Assembly: GCF_002113885.1 (NCBI RefSeq)
Contig: NW_018407155.1
Coordinates: 561,097-625,096 of the forward strand
Direction of reading: 5' to 3'
Origin: Mizuhopecten yessoensis
Taxonomy: Eukaryota
Length of the DNA stretch: 64,000 nucleotides
Shown here: piece after piece, positions 1 to 12,598 of the stretch
Position numbering within the stretch: the stretch's first letter is position 1
Layout: every line of letters starts with the position of its first letter
Position numbers and translations under genes: made by a program
The notes under the pieces: generated by a model
What the model was told of the DNA's origin: nothing
Databases searched by the model: none
What the model saw: the letters and a program-made list of their open reading frames with translations, nothing else

Positions 1-1521
1 ATAGAAGGCTTAGATCCATAGACTCCAAGTACAAAGACGGATCAGATCCATAGACTCAAAGTACAAAGAGGGCTCAGATCCATAGACTCCAAGTACAAAG
101 AAGGCTTAGATCCATAGACCCCAAGTACAAAGAAGGCTTAGATCCATAGACTCCAAGTACAAAGACGGATCAGATCCATAGACTCAAAGGACAAAGAGGG
201 CTCAGATCCATAGACTCCAAGTACAAAGAGGGCTTAGATCCATAGACACAAAGTACAAAGACAGCTCAGATCCATAGACTCCAAGTACAAAGAAGGCTCA
301 GATCCATAGACCCCAAGTACAAAGAAGGCTTAGATCCATAGACCCCAAGTACAAAGAAGGCTTAGATACATAGACTCCAAGTACAAAGAAGGCTTAGATC
401 CATAGACACAAAGTACAAAGAGGGCTCAGATCCATAGACCCCAAGTACAAAGAAGGCTTAGATCCATAGACCCCAAGTACAAAGAAGGCTTAGATCCATA
501 GACTCCAAGTACAAAGACGGCTCAGATCCATAGACCCCAAGTACAAAGAAGGCTTAGATCCATAGACACAAAGTACAAAGACGGCTCAGACCCATAGACT
601 CCAAGTACAAAGAAGGCTCAGATCCATAGACACCAAGTACAAAGAAGGCTTAGATCCATAGACTCCAAGTACAAAGAAGGCTCAGATCCATAGACACAAA
701 GTACAAAGAAGGCTCAGATCCATAGACTCCAAGTACAAAGAGGGCTTAGATACATAGACTCCAAGTACAAAGAGGGCTTAGATACATAGACACAAAGTAC
801 AAAGACGGCTCAGACCCATAGACACAAAGTACAAAGACGGCTCAGTTCCATAGACCCCAAGTACAAAGAAGGCTCAGACCCATAGACTCCAAGTACAAAG
901 ACGGCTCAGATCCATAGACACAAAGTACAAAGACGGCTCAGATCCATAGACTCCAAGTACAAAGAAGGCTCAGATCCATAGACCCCAAGTACATAGAAGG
1001 CTCAGATCCATAGACTCCAAGTACAAAGAGGGCTTAGATACATAGACACAAAGTACAAAGACGGCTCAGACCCATAGCCACCAAGTACAAAGAAGGCTCA
1101 GATCCATAGACTCCAAGTACAAAGAAGGCTCAGATCTATAGACTCCAAGTACAAAGAAGGCTTAGATCCATAGACTCAAAGTACAAAGAAGGCTCAGATC
1201 CATAGACTCCAAGTACAAAGAAGGCTTAGATCTATAGACCCCAAGTACAAAGAGGGCTCAGATCCATAGACCCCAAGTACAAAGAAGGTTCAGATCTATA
1301 GACCCCAAGTACAAAGAAGGCTTAGATCCATAGACACCAAGAACAAAGAAGGCTCAGATCCATAGACACCAAGTACAAAGAAGGCTCAGATCTATAGACC
1401 CCAAGTACAAAGAAGGCTTAGATCTATAGACACCAAGTAAAAAGACGGCTCAGATCCATAGACCCCAAGTACAAAGAAGGCTCTGATCCATAGACTCCAA
1501 GTACAAAGAAGGCTCTGATCC
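1..1521. repeat. 32-bp minisatellite, ~47 copies, runs off the window start
   Basis: Unit GATCCATAGACTCCAAGTACAAAGAAGGCTCA. Confidence 0.97.
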
Positions 1522-4443
1522 ACAGGGCATTTGGTAGAGCTTGTGGTAATGGCCTCGAGTGGTCTCCCAAACTGGCTAAAGGCATGCAATCTTTGTCGTA
1601 AGTCATGGCTGATCAGCTAATCTGCTACGCCATGTATCGAACAGTCGCAGTTCTCCTTCTCACGAAGGGTGGGTGTAACTGCCGACCGACATGCGATCCC
1701 GACAGTGGCCAGTAATTAATCTGTGATATTCTGTATAAATACCATGTCACATCGGAAATCGGAGCATTTCTTACTTTACTCATGCCAGAAAAATTAGACC
1801 AGACTTGTATTGAACTTACACGACAAAAACTAATCCAGGATTCACAAAGTCATATTAGACCCAGATTTATTAAACAGAGATACGACACATGTTTCTAAAA
1901 GCAAACAAAACCATGTTTCTCAGATTAAAAGTTTTTTTTATTCTTTTTTCTGAATGTGAATAAGACCAAGCATCTCACATTTCCAATGAGACACGATTCT
2001 CAGATTCAAATAAGTTAGATAAGATCGACTTTCTTCTTATCAGTGTTTTGGAAATCTTAATTTGTTGTTTGAAAGGAGGATAATACTGGCAAGCTAGAAC
2101 TAAAACAACAAACAGTGTCTTGTTCCGTTTTTTATACTTATAGTCAGGACTGATGGCCGATTCAGGCGTCAGACTATTAATGTACATGTGTTTAAAAAGC
2201 AAACATTCAGTTCTGGAATGTGTATAAGTATTTCAGAAATTATCAATTCCATTTATGTTGACTGAAAATATGCATTTATTAAAGAAAATCAATCAAGAAA
2301 TATTCTGTAAAAGTTGAAATTAAAGAATTTGATAAAAAAAAATTACACGTATATAATAAAGATTATATTCCTTTAAACATTTTTCTAAATATATATATAG
2401 ACATTGTGATGAGGCAATTTTCAGCTGAAGTATGGTAATCTTATATTTGTGTGAGACTAATGGCACCAAATTTAGGGATATTATAGCGATCACGAGAGGT
2501 TGTATCATTGACGACTCCTCCGCCCGGAATCGTAACCGGAACATGATCCAGGTCATGTCCTTATATCGGCTACTAAAGGGGAAGACTGTTACAGTACGCC
2601 CAGAATAAATGTTACCGGAGGGATGTAGACAAGTGTTGTATCATAGCAACACTAAGACAGGTCATCCACGGCACTAAGGTGGTGCAGAGGCGAACCAGGA
2701 GTCAAACTCCACGAGTAGCTGGTGTCACAGACACCTAGGAAGCAGAGGTCGGGTTCTAGGAGTGTGAAATTGGTGCGATTGGTCTGAGAGGGAGTCACAG
2801 ATTTCCTATAGAAATAATATGATTATTTTTGAAAAAACATCACAAAATTTTGAATTTTAAATGATGCACAATGCTTTTGTTGTATTTAGCACATAAAAAA
2901 GCAGCATTATATGTGCTTGTTGTGAAGGGATCAAGGACAGATTCGAGGAATATTGGATTTAAGGAATAGATTTTATACAATGTACAGCTGTTTGGATTCT
3001 AAATTATCATTGCGTAGTTTCGAAAAAATAAGTTTTTCTCTAATTGTTTTCTCGTCTTTGCTTCACCTTCATTGCACTTTGACAGAGTGAAAAGGTCAAT
3101 ATGTCCATTGTGACCCATACCAATTAACGCTTAGCCAAAGATACAACTATGGGGTTTGAAAATAGACATTTCTAGATTGAAAAATTGAAAATGACTAATG
3201 TTTTAAAAACCTTTTCTTTACAAAATCTGGAAAATATGTCCGTATGACATTAGATATTCCAGTGGTTTGTTAATGGTCAATTGCTCTGTGGTGACCTTAA
3301 GGTGGAGAGTTCAAATTGTCCTCAGCGATCCAACCTTGTCAGGTGTGTTTATCCAAGAACGTTGAAAAATCTACGAATTAACCCAGAATAGGCCCCGTAG
3401 GGTCTCCTAGAGTGCTTCGCTGTTTGTAAGATACCCATCATGCACTACTCTGATGGCTGCCGAGGGAGCCGCTGCGATACCCATCATGTTTAGTGTAACA
3501 GTCACCTTGGGACCCATAACAAGGGCTGAACTGACCATAACAGGGTCTTTTAATATCGGCTTACTGCCCATGTACGGAAGTGAGGCTCGGTGATATTGAT
3601 TCGAAGTTTGAGGAGTCAAAATAAATTCCTGCCAAGGAAAGCAGTGAAGGACTCCCTTGGGAACTACAGAGCTACGAGGACATTGTTACATGTGACTTCA
3701 CAGCTCGGTCTGGTTTTAGGGAGCCACTTTTAGGTTTTCCCCTAATTGATAACAAATCGGAATACAAATTTGGGATGATAAAAATCCATGAGCGTTAAAA
3801 ATTGTGGCATGTTTTTTTCATACCACCAACACAACATGCGTGACTGATTCAATTGGAGATTTTTCTTTTATCACTCCAAAAATATTTTTTTCAGGATCGT
3901 AAAATTATATTAAGCTCCACTGCTGAATGGCCAGGCATGAACCATTGTTAAGATTATACGACTATTGTTCGTACGGTTTGAAAACATTTTGTTCTGCCTC
4001 AAGCTACACAATTTTATGTTTGATACAATTCACTTTCCTTATGGATCAATACTATACAAGCTCATCCGTGCTTAATCACGAAGAAATTAAGGAAATGCGA
4101 CAAAATAATTTGATACTTGTTGTATTTTGTATATATAAAGCCTTAGTTTTGTCGGGTTATAATTGCAGATTTTGTTTGTGGATCGAATTTACGGCAAAAC
4201 TGTCTTTTATACCCTATTTGATGCAATAAAGATGCCCCACAGGGATATAAAAAAAGAATAGCTCAGATGCTTATCTTGAAATTCATTTTTGTTTTCCATT
4301 TTCCATTTTATAATTTCCAGAAGTCGTCCAATTGGTAATGGTGCTGTATATTGGTATATTGACTGATAACAAAAGCTCTCACAGAACAGTTATCTACTGA
4401 AACAGTGACCAATGCAATCTGTCAGAATATTATGTGGCTTGTA

Positions 4444-4708
4444 CATACCTGCCAACTTTTATAAATTTCCATGGGGAAGATTAGGCCTGCTCAGAATTTA
4501 AAACTTGAATGTGTGTAAAACACCTTAGGGAAAAATAACACTTTTCAATGAGATTTTTGAGCTGTTCTTTCAGATGAAATCATCAAATCTTTTAAAAAAA
4601 CACACAAAAAAACACAAACAGTTTAGCAAATTCACTTGTTGAAAATGCTCAATTTTGAAGTTCAAATTTTGAGACTCCATCCCAAAATAGGGAGAGTTGG
4701 CAAGTATA
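4444..4708 (+). mobile_element. ~260-bp MITE with CATACCTGCCAACT / AGTTGGCAAGTATG terminal inverted repeats
   Basis: TIRs at both ends. Internal sequence is shared with the copies at 36922 and 61733. Confidence 0.75.
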
Positions 4709-4954
4709 CTTGTTTGAAGTGGGATTCACCTATGATTGGCCTAATTACAAACCTACAGTGGGGAAATACTCAAAATGGAGTACGCTGGTAAAGGAAAGTT
4801 GAGTCTAAATAAGATATCCGGTCATTTAACCACTCTGATGCCCTTCAACATCAAATACAGTATATTTGAAATTCTTTTAAAAGGGCATTTAGTTCACGTG
4901 GTTAATATTTTATCCATTTATATTAACAGTTACAAAGAAATGAAAAAAGAATGT

Positions 4955-5001
4955 TTTTAATAATAAATTTATGTGTTATTTTGTCTTTTCAGGTAAGTGT
5001 T
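4955..5001 (+). promoter_or_regulatory. Candidate recursive splice site RS1 (3' splice site fused to 5' splice site)
   Basis: TTTAATAATAAATTTATGTGTTATTTTGTCTTTTCAG|GTAAGTGTT. AG at 4991-4992, GTAAGT at 4993-4998, about 40 nt free of AG upstream, weak TTAAT/TAAT branch candidates at 4957-4964. Confidence 0.7.
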
Positions 5002-5230
5002 TCTAGTGGAGAGATGAGTTTGTGTGGTGATGTCACAGTGCCTTGTGACCTTGGGGGAGGTGACCTTGGCTGGTGACCTCGTGTGACCTTGGGACAACGT
5101 GTGTATATGCTTCTACATATAATGGAGTGACAAAGGGTATAACAAAATAGTTAAATGAGGTGATAAACATTTTACTGTTGTATTACAAATCGTAATATAT
5201 GGAAGCATTGGGACGAAGTTTAATGTTACC

Positions 5231-5304
5231 TTAACTCATTCACCCCTGGAGTTTCATAATGAACTATTCAAACTTTTAAATTGGAAGAGTTCAAAAATGA
5301 GTTA
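5231..5304 (+). mobile_element. 83-bp TTAA hairpin MITE, subfamily A, partly deleted
   Basis: TTAA CTCATTCACCCCTG...TTGGAAGAGTTCAAA. Confidence 0.8.
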
Positions 5305-5337
5305 TATTATATATTTCAACACTACATCTCAAGTTTC

Positions 5338-5766
5338 TTGAAGTACATAGGTTTATTGGTGGAGAATTAGGTAGTATCTTTGGAGAAGTACATGGGTTTA
5401 TTGGTGGAGAAATACGGTAGTATCTTTGGGAGAGGTACATGGGCTTATTGGTGGAGAAATACAGTAATATATTTTGAGAAGTAGATGGGCTTATTGGTGG
5501 AGAAATATGGTAATATCTTTGGAGAAGTACATGGGCTTATTGGTGGAGAAATATGGTAACATATTTTGAGAAGTACATGGGCTTATTGGTGGGGAAATGC
5601 GGTAATATATTTTGAGAAGTACATGGGCTTATTGGTGGAGAAATATGGTAATACATTTTGAGAAGTACATGGGCTTATTGGTGGAGAAATATGGTAATAC
5701 ATTTTGAGAAGTACATGGGCTTATTGGTGGAGAATTATGGTAATATAATATATTTTGAGAAGTACA
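5338..5766. repeat. 46-bp minisatellite, ~9 copies
   Basis: Unit GAGAAGTACATGGGCTTATTGGTGGAGAAATATGGTAATACATTTT. Confidence 0.95.
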
Positions 5767-6297
5767 GTTCTTGTCAAGTGAAAAATATCTGGTAGCATTT
5801 AATGAAGGAAAAACAGCTGTGAGAGACAGGATGCAATAGGTCAACAGTGTGATGGAGGGACGATTCTACAATCTGTTCTGTCATTTAAAAATGCTCAGTT
5901 CGTTCCTGCTTTTCTCCATGTCTATGGATTTTAGTCACTAGTCTCTAAGTCTTGCTGGGAGTTTAACACTTCTTTGAAATTGAGCTTCCTATAAAAGGTC
6001 TCCTGTGTGTGTCGGTTGATAGGGTAACCATGGAAACATATTTGACAGTAATGTTAGAATTATGGGATGGCTTATCACGTCATTGGGGATGATATTTACT
6101 AAGACTGACACACAGAGTGGTTGTGATGGCCGGAGAGACATCTCCCTGGGACATTTCCTTGGTAACCATTTCCTAGTTTTGTAAGTAATGGACACTGACA
6201 CACATTGGGCAAACTTTAGGTAAATTTGGTTTAAGTGCTTTGAACCTTCGAAAGTCTGTCACATCTTGTATCCATGTTGTCAGTGACATGGTAAACC

Positions 6298-6640
6298 TTT
6301 GTTGTCGTGGTGACATTGCTGTGGTAGTTTGTTGTTGCCATGGTGACATTGCTGTGGTAGTTTGCTGTTGTCATGGTGACATTGCTGTGGTAGTCTGCTG
6401 TTGCCATGGTGACATTGCTGTGGTAGTCTGCTGTTGTCATGGTGACATTGCTATGGTGCTGTTGTTGCCATGGTGACATTGCTGTGGTAGTTTGTTGTTG
6501 CCATGGTTACATTGCGGTGGTAGTCTGCTGTTGTTATAATGACATTGCTGTGGTAGTTTGTTGTTGTCATGTTGACATTGCTATGGTAGTTAGTTGTTGT
6601 CATGTTGACAGTGATAGGGTAGATTGTTGTCATAGCAATA
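6298..6640. repeat. 33-bp minisatellite with X-box-like units
   Basis: Unit CATGGTGACATTGCTGTGGTAGTTTGTTGTTGC. It explains the CCCHGDIAVVV pseudo-ORFs. Confidence 0.95.
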
Positions 6641-6842
6641 GTTGTATGGTAGGCTCACAGTTGTGGTGGACCCTTGTTGTCAAAGTGCCAGTGTTATGAT
6701 AAGAAAGTTGGCAATGTAAGCTTTCGGTTGTCAAGGGGACATTGCTATGGTGATACTATTGTATGTTTGTTGTCAGTGATCAAATGGTCAACCCTTGTTG
6801 TCATGTAGTCAATCGTTATATAGCTGTTAACAGTAAAAATCA

Positions 6843-7275
6843 AGAGGCTTGTAACAGCAAAACTGTAGAGGCTTGTAGAGGCTTGTAACAGCAAAACTGT
6901 AGAGGCTTGTAGAGGCTTGTAACAGCAAAACTCTAGAGGCTTGTAGAGGCTTGTAATGGCAAAACTCTAGAGGCTTGTAGAGGCTTGTAATGGCAAAACT
7001 CTAGAGGCTTTCAACAACAAAACTCTAGAGGCTTGTAACAGCTTAACTATAGAGGCTTGTAAACTCTAGAGGCTTTTAATGGCTTGTAAAGGCTAAACTC
7101 TAGAAGCTTGTAATGGCTAAACTATAGAGGCTTGTAATGGCTAAACTCTAGAGGCTTGTAACGGCCTAACTCTAGAGGCTTATAGAGGGCTCGTAAAGGC
7201 TTGTGACGTCTAAACTCTAGAGTCTTGTAGAGGCTTGTAACGGCAAAACTCCAGAGATTTGTAACAGCTTAACTC
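6843..7275. repeat. Compound repeat of TAGAGGCTTG and TAACAGCAAAACTC modules
   Basis: Short modules of about 10 and 14 bp reiterated in mixed order. Confidence 0.9.
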
Positions 7276-7872
7276 GGGTTATGGAGGAAACAATTGCCAG
7301 CCTTTGTCAAGGTAGCCTATTCCTGTAACAGAATGAGCCTTACGACACACTTATAATAGATTCCATGTTTGTATGTTCCGTCTGTAATGGCCGGACCATT
7401 AACTCGACAGTTTACACCAGCCAGATGGCAGGTTTAATAGCCATTCCCTTTATTCCTGTTTCTACGATTCATAATTCATACAAACTTTGATGTGCATTGT
7501 TTCATGTTTTTATGCCACTCGTAATTTTCTATTAACTCATATACTGGGTGTATATATATATATATCTCCATGCTTTTTGCCACCATTCATAAATTCACAT
7601 AAGCTTTTGTCCTAATAGAATGTTTCTGTCGGGCTTGTATGAAGGCACTGTTACATTATCATTAAACTTTCATTGGTCTGCGTACATACAATAATGGTGA
7701 TGGACCTATAGCTCGTTAAATTTTGCTAATCTTGTGGACAGAGATGATCGAATAGATCCCTTAAAGAAAGAGAAGTCTCCGACATCTATTGCTAACATAT
7801 CTATGTTCTCTGTAAATGATAAGAAATCATTTTTAACTGTTCTTTGAATTCTCCCCCCCCCCCCCCCCCCCC

Positions 7873-8594
7873 NNNNNNNNNNNNNNNNNNNNNNNNNNNN
7901 NNNNNNNNNNNNNNNNNNNNNNNNNNNNNNNNNNNNNNNNNNNNNNNNNNNNNNNNNNNNNNNNNNNNNNNNNNNNNNNNNNNNNNNNNNNNNNNNNNNN
8001 NNNNNNNNNNNNNNNNNNNNNNNNNNNNNNNNNNNNNNNNNNNNNNNNNNNNNNNNNNNNNNNNNNNNNNNNNNNNNNNNNNNNNNNNNNNNNNNNNNNN
8101 NNNNNNNNNNNNNNNNNNNNNNNNNNNNNNNNNNNNNNNNNNNNNNNNNNNNNNNNNNNNNNNNNNNNNNNNNNNNNNNNNNNNNNNNNNNNNNNNNNNN
8201 NNNNNNNNNNNNNNNNNNNNNNNNNNNNNNNNNNNNNNNNNNNNNNNNNNNNNNNNNNNNNNNNNNNNNNNNNNNNNNNNNNNNNNNNNNNNNNNNNNNN
8301 NNNNNNNNNNNNNNNNNNNNNNNNNNNNNNNNNNNNNNNNNNNNNNNNNNNNNNNNNNNNNNNNNNNNNNNNNNNNNNNNNNNNNNNNNNNNNNNNNNNN
8401 NNNNNNNNNNNNNNNNNNNNNNNNNNNNNNNNNNNNNNNNNNNNNNNNNNNNNNNNNNNNNNNNNNNNNNNNNNNNNNNNNNNNNNNNNNNNNNNNNNNN
8501 NNNNNNNNNNNNNNNNNNNNNNNNNNNNNNNNNNNNNNNNNNNNNNNNNNNNNNNNNNNNNNNNNNNNNNNNNNNNNNNNNNNNNNNNNNNNNN
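7873..8594. other. Assembly gap following a poly-C run
   Basis: Run of N. Confidence 1.
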
Positions 8595-10221
8595 TGGTGA
8601 CATTGCTGTGGTAGTTTGTTGTTGCCATGGTGACATTGCTGTGGTAGTCTGCTGTTGTCATGGTGACATTGCTGTGGTAGTTTGTTGTTGCCATGGTGAC
8701 ATTGCTGTGGTAGTTTGCTGTTGTCATGGTGACATTGCTGTGGTAGTCTGCTGTTGCCATGGTGACATTGCTGTGGTAGTCTGCTGTTGTCATGGTGACA
8801 TTGCTATGGTGCTGTTGTTGCCATGGTGACATTGCTGTGGTAGTTTGTTGTTGCCATGGTTACATTGCGGTGGTAGTCTGCTGTTGTTATAATGACATTG
8901 CTGTGGTAGTTTGTTGTTGTCATGTTGACATTGCTATGGTAGTTAGTTGTTGTCATGTTGACAGTGATAGGGTAGATTGTTGTCATAGCAATAGTTGTAT
9001 GGTAGGCTCACAGTTGTGGTGGACCCTTGTTGTCAAAGTGCCAGTGTTATGATAAGAAAGTTGGCAATGTAAGCTTTCGGTTGTCAAGGGGACATTGCTA
9101 TGGTGATACTATTGTATGTTTGTTGTCAGTGATCAAATGGTCAACCCTTGTTGTCATGTAGTCAATCGTTATATAGCTGTTAACAGTAAAAATCAAGAGG
9201 CTTGTAACAGCAAAACTGTAGAGGCTTGTAGAGGCTTGTAACAGCAAAACTGTAGAGGCTTGTAGAGGCTTGTAACAGCAAAACTCTAGAGGCTTGTAGA
9301 GGCTTGTAATGGCAAAACTCTAGAGGCTTGTAGAGGCTTGTAATGGCAAAACTCTAGAGGCTTTCAACAACAAAACTCTAGAGGCTTGTAACAGCTTAAC
9401 TATAGAGGCTTGTAAACTCTAGAGGCTTTTAATGGCTTGTAAAGGCTAAACTCTAGAAGCTTGTAATGGCTAAACTATAGAGGCTTGTAATGGCTAAACT
9501 CTAGAGGCTTGTAACGGCCTAACTCTAGAGGCTTATAGAGGGCTCGTAAAGGCTTGTGACGTCTAAACTCTAGAGTCTTGTAGAGGCTTGTAACGGCAAA
9601 ACTCCAGAGATTTGTAACAGCTTAACTCGGGTTATGGAGGAAACAATTGCCAGCCTTTGTCAAGGTAGCCTATTCCTGTAACAGAATGAGCCTTACGACA
9701 CACTTATAATAGATTCCATGTTTGTATGTTCCGTCTGTAATGGCCGGACCATTAACTCGACAGTTTACACCAGCCAGATGGCAGGTTTAATAGCCATTCC
9801 CTTTATTCCTGTTTCTACGATTCATAATTCATACAAACTTTGATGTGCATTGTTTCATGTTTTTATGCCACTCGTAATTTTCTATTAACTCATATACTGG
9901 GTGTATATATATATATATCTCCATGCTTTTTGCCACCATTCATAAATTCACATAAGCTTTTGTCCTAATAGAATGTTTCTGTCGGGCTTGTATGAAGGCA
10001 CTGTTACATTATCATTAAACTTTCATTGGTCTGCGTACATACAATAATGGTGATGGACCTATAGCTCGTTAAATTTTGCTAATCTTGTGGACAGAGATGA
10101 TCGAATAGATCCCTTAAAGAAAGAGAAGTCTCCGACATCTATTGCTAACATATCTATGTTCTCTGTAAATGATAAGAAATCATTTTTAACTGTTCTTTGA
10201 ATTCTCCCCCCCCCCCCCCCC
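8595..10221 (+). repeat. Near-identical copy of 6308-7872 (offset 2353 bp), likely a false duplication
   Basis: Same 33-bp array, same compound repeat and same unique sequence, ending in the same poly-C. The two copies flank the gap. Confidence 0.9.
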
Positions 10222-11286
10222 CCCCTCCTCCTTTCACACCTTAAATTCCAGTAGCATAAAATAAGCAAAAGCTGATTATTTTATGTTAAACATTGAGAGA
10301 TGCAAATGTGTTAATATATTATTGTAGTTTTCTGCTCTAACAGCCAAAATTGATTGACCATTGATATTGTTAGATAGTTTGTGTTTCTTCGAAAGGGCAA
10401 CAGTAGAAATTGTTTGTAAAATGTAAAACGAGGACACTTTCGAGACCGTCCCTTTCAGTATTTGTGTCTTTGAGATTGCAGCATTATGCGAAAAGAACCA
10501 AAACAACATTGAAATGTAATTTGTTATATAAATAATTCACAGCTGGATGACTTCAGCTGTTAATAGTATGCATGTGAAACCCAATGAACCAAATCAAACC
10601 ATCTTAGAGACAGAAAAACGGTCAAATGACTGCACATGAAATGTTAAAATTGCAACAAACGGGGAAACCTATATCAGATGTTAAAGACACAACCGTAGCA
10701 GGTCCATTTGCAAGAGTGTTTTGGTCTGGTGAGTGCCGGTGTATCTCGTTTCACTACCATAACAGTGTTGGGAAGGTATAAAACGGGATAATAACTTGTA
10801 AGTGTTTAGCTGTGCAGCATATTGTTGCACTCTATGGCTCCTTTCGTTGCGTCGTGCCGTGACTGGACGGGGGGACCATCCACTCGTATTGTGGAGAAGT
10901 TTTATACAAAAACCTGTCTGTAATCACTTACGGAAATTTTCTCCAGATGGTTTCCGTTTGTAACTGGTTACATCAGAGAGCAGCCGTAATTACACGATGT
11001 GGAAAACCTTTTCTACTCCACGCTGACGGACGCTTCATTGGTGATGAGCAGTTACGAAGGACAAGATACAAACTCGCCGAAAAAAATAATTCAGTCAAAT
11101 ATTTCTTGCAAAATTTGCAGAATTAGTGTGTATGGGAAGAGTTTATAAGAGTTAATTATTATTCATGATAATTTGATTCAAAGGATTTTTTTTCACTTTT
11201 ATTATCTCGTTAGTGAGACAATATATATGCATAAACATGTTCCTAAATCGTAAACTTTCAAATTCAATTTGCAGAGTAATAGGCTA

Positions 11287-11491
11287 TACAGTCAAGCCTG
11301 TATTAAAGGGACCACCCTCGAGAAATCCAAAAAGGGGTCTCAGAACAAAGGTGGTCTCTTAATACAAGTTCTGTTTACTATTTAATCTTTTACAATGGCC
11401 AACATGTACAATGGCCTCATTACAAAGGTATTGGCCTCATCATGAAGGTGGTCTCTTAGTAGAGGTGGTCACATGACCAGGTTTGACTTTA
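11287..11491. mobile_element. Tc1/mariner-pogo-type MITE, ~200 bp
   Basis: TA-CAGTCAAGCCTG ... CAGGTTTGACTT-TA, with internal GGTGGTCTCTTA subterminal motifs. Confidence 0.7.
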
Positions 11492-11830
11492 TCGTTCTAT
11501 CCCCTACCCTTATCCTACAGTCTAAGACACCAGTCCTGGGTCTTCAAATTCCCTACCGACAGTAGATTCTGCTGGCTGTCGTATCTGGTCTTCTTAAAGA
11601 GGTGGTCACATGGGCAGGTTTGACTGTGTCGTTCTATCCCCTACCCTTATCCTACAGTCTAAGACACCAGTCCTAGGTCTTCAAATTCCCTACCGACAGT
11701 AGATTCTACTGGCTGTCGTACCTGGTCTAAAGCATGTTTGACTATCATTCTACCCCTTACCCTTACCATACAGGGGCCATGCGTCTTCAAATTCCCTACC
11801 ATAGGCTCTTCTGGCTGTCATACCTGGTTT
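11461..11830. repeat. ~137-bp tandem triplication that includes the MITE right end
   Basis: AGAGGTGGTCACATG..CAGGTTTGACT..CCCTACCCTTATCCTACAG at 11461 and 11598, with a degenerate third unit. Confidence 0.85.
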
Positions 11831-12507
11831 TGGGTTTCCCAACTGGTGTGTATAAGAGAGAGATTGGTGTCCGTGTTATCACAGAGTGAAGGATTATTGA
11901 GTATACTACTTAATGGGCTACAGTAAAACACTGTCCTGTCACTCACACAGTCATGATTAGGGGAAGTAGACATGTGCAGAGTATGATTTAAGGAAGTTTT
12001 GTCACTAGATTTTCTCCAATTCAGCCAAAACATAATTGTTATGTTTCTGCATTCGGCCTTCAAAATCAGAGTAGGTAGTGGATTTTTTTCTTTTTTCGGC
12101 AAAATATTTCTATGCAGTGTTTGTTTGTAATTAGGGGGGGGGAAAAGACAAGAGTTTTCACTAAACTTCAGGTAAAACTTTAAAAGTCCCTGAGTTCCGC
12201 TGGGTTTGTTACAATAATTGTCAACCTGATAGATCCTAGATTATTTCCTGTAAAATTTATCTCTGTAGAAACTAAACCAAGGCTAGGCTACAGGCAATAA
12301 ACAGAGACTCAAGTGTGGTACAAATTAGAATCAAGTCCTATCTCAACGTAGCTACTGTTACCGAAATGTCTGTTTTTTGTTTGGATTCCTCTCGTAATGT
12401 CAACACTTCCGTCATTGTTACACAGGTATGTAGTGTTTCTCCGTAATGTTAGAGTGTTAATCTTCATTATTACAGATTTTGAACTCGGGTTAAGCTTTGT
12501 TCACGCT

Positions 12508-12598
12508 CAAACTCATTCATCCCTGAAGACACATTTGAACTCTTCCAATTCAAACGTTGGAATAGTTCATTATGAAATTTCAGGGGTGAATGAGTTAA
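12508..12598 (-). mobile_element. 83-bp TTAA hairpin MITE, subfamily A
   Basis: CTCATTCATCCCTGAA ... TTCAGGGGTGAATGAG TTAA. Confidence 0.9.

Noticed and set aside
1-1521. CRISPR-like appearance of the 32-bp repeats (also the arrays at 22.9 kb and 33.8 kb)
   Set aside because: The units are head-to-tail with no unique spacers, there are no cas genes, and the context is eukaryotic.
3300-3720. GC-richer island as an exon or RNA gene
   Set aside because: I found no convincing splice pair, ORF homology or recognisable RNA family. It could be an enhancer, but the sequence alone does not support that.
6231-9052. Cys/His-rich CCCHGDIAVVV ORFs resembling metal-binding proteins
   Set aside because: They come from a 33-bp minisatellite that is open on both strands, include a frameshifting unit, and have no gene context.
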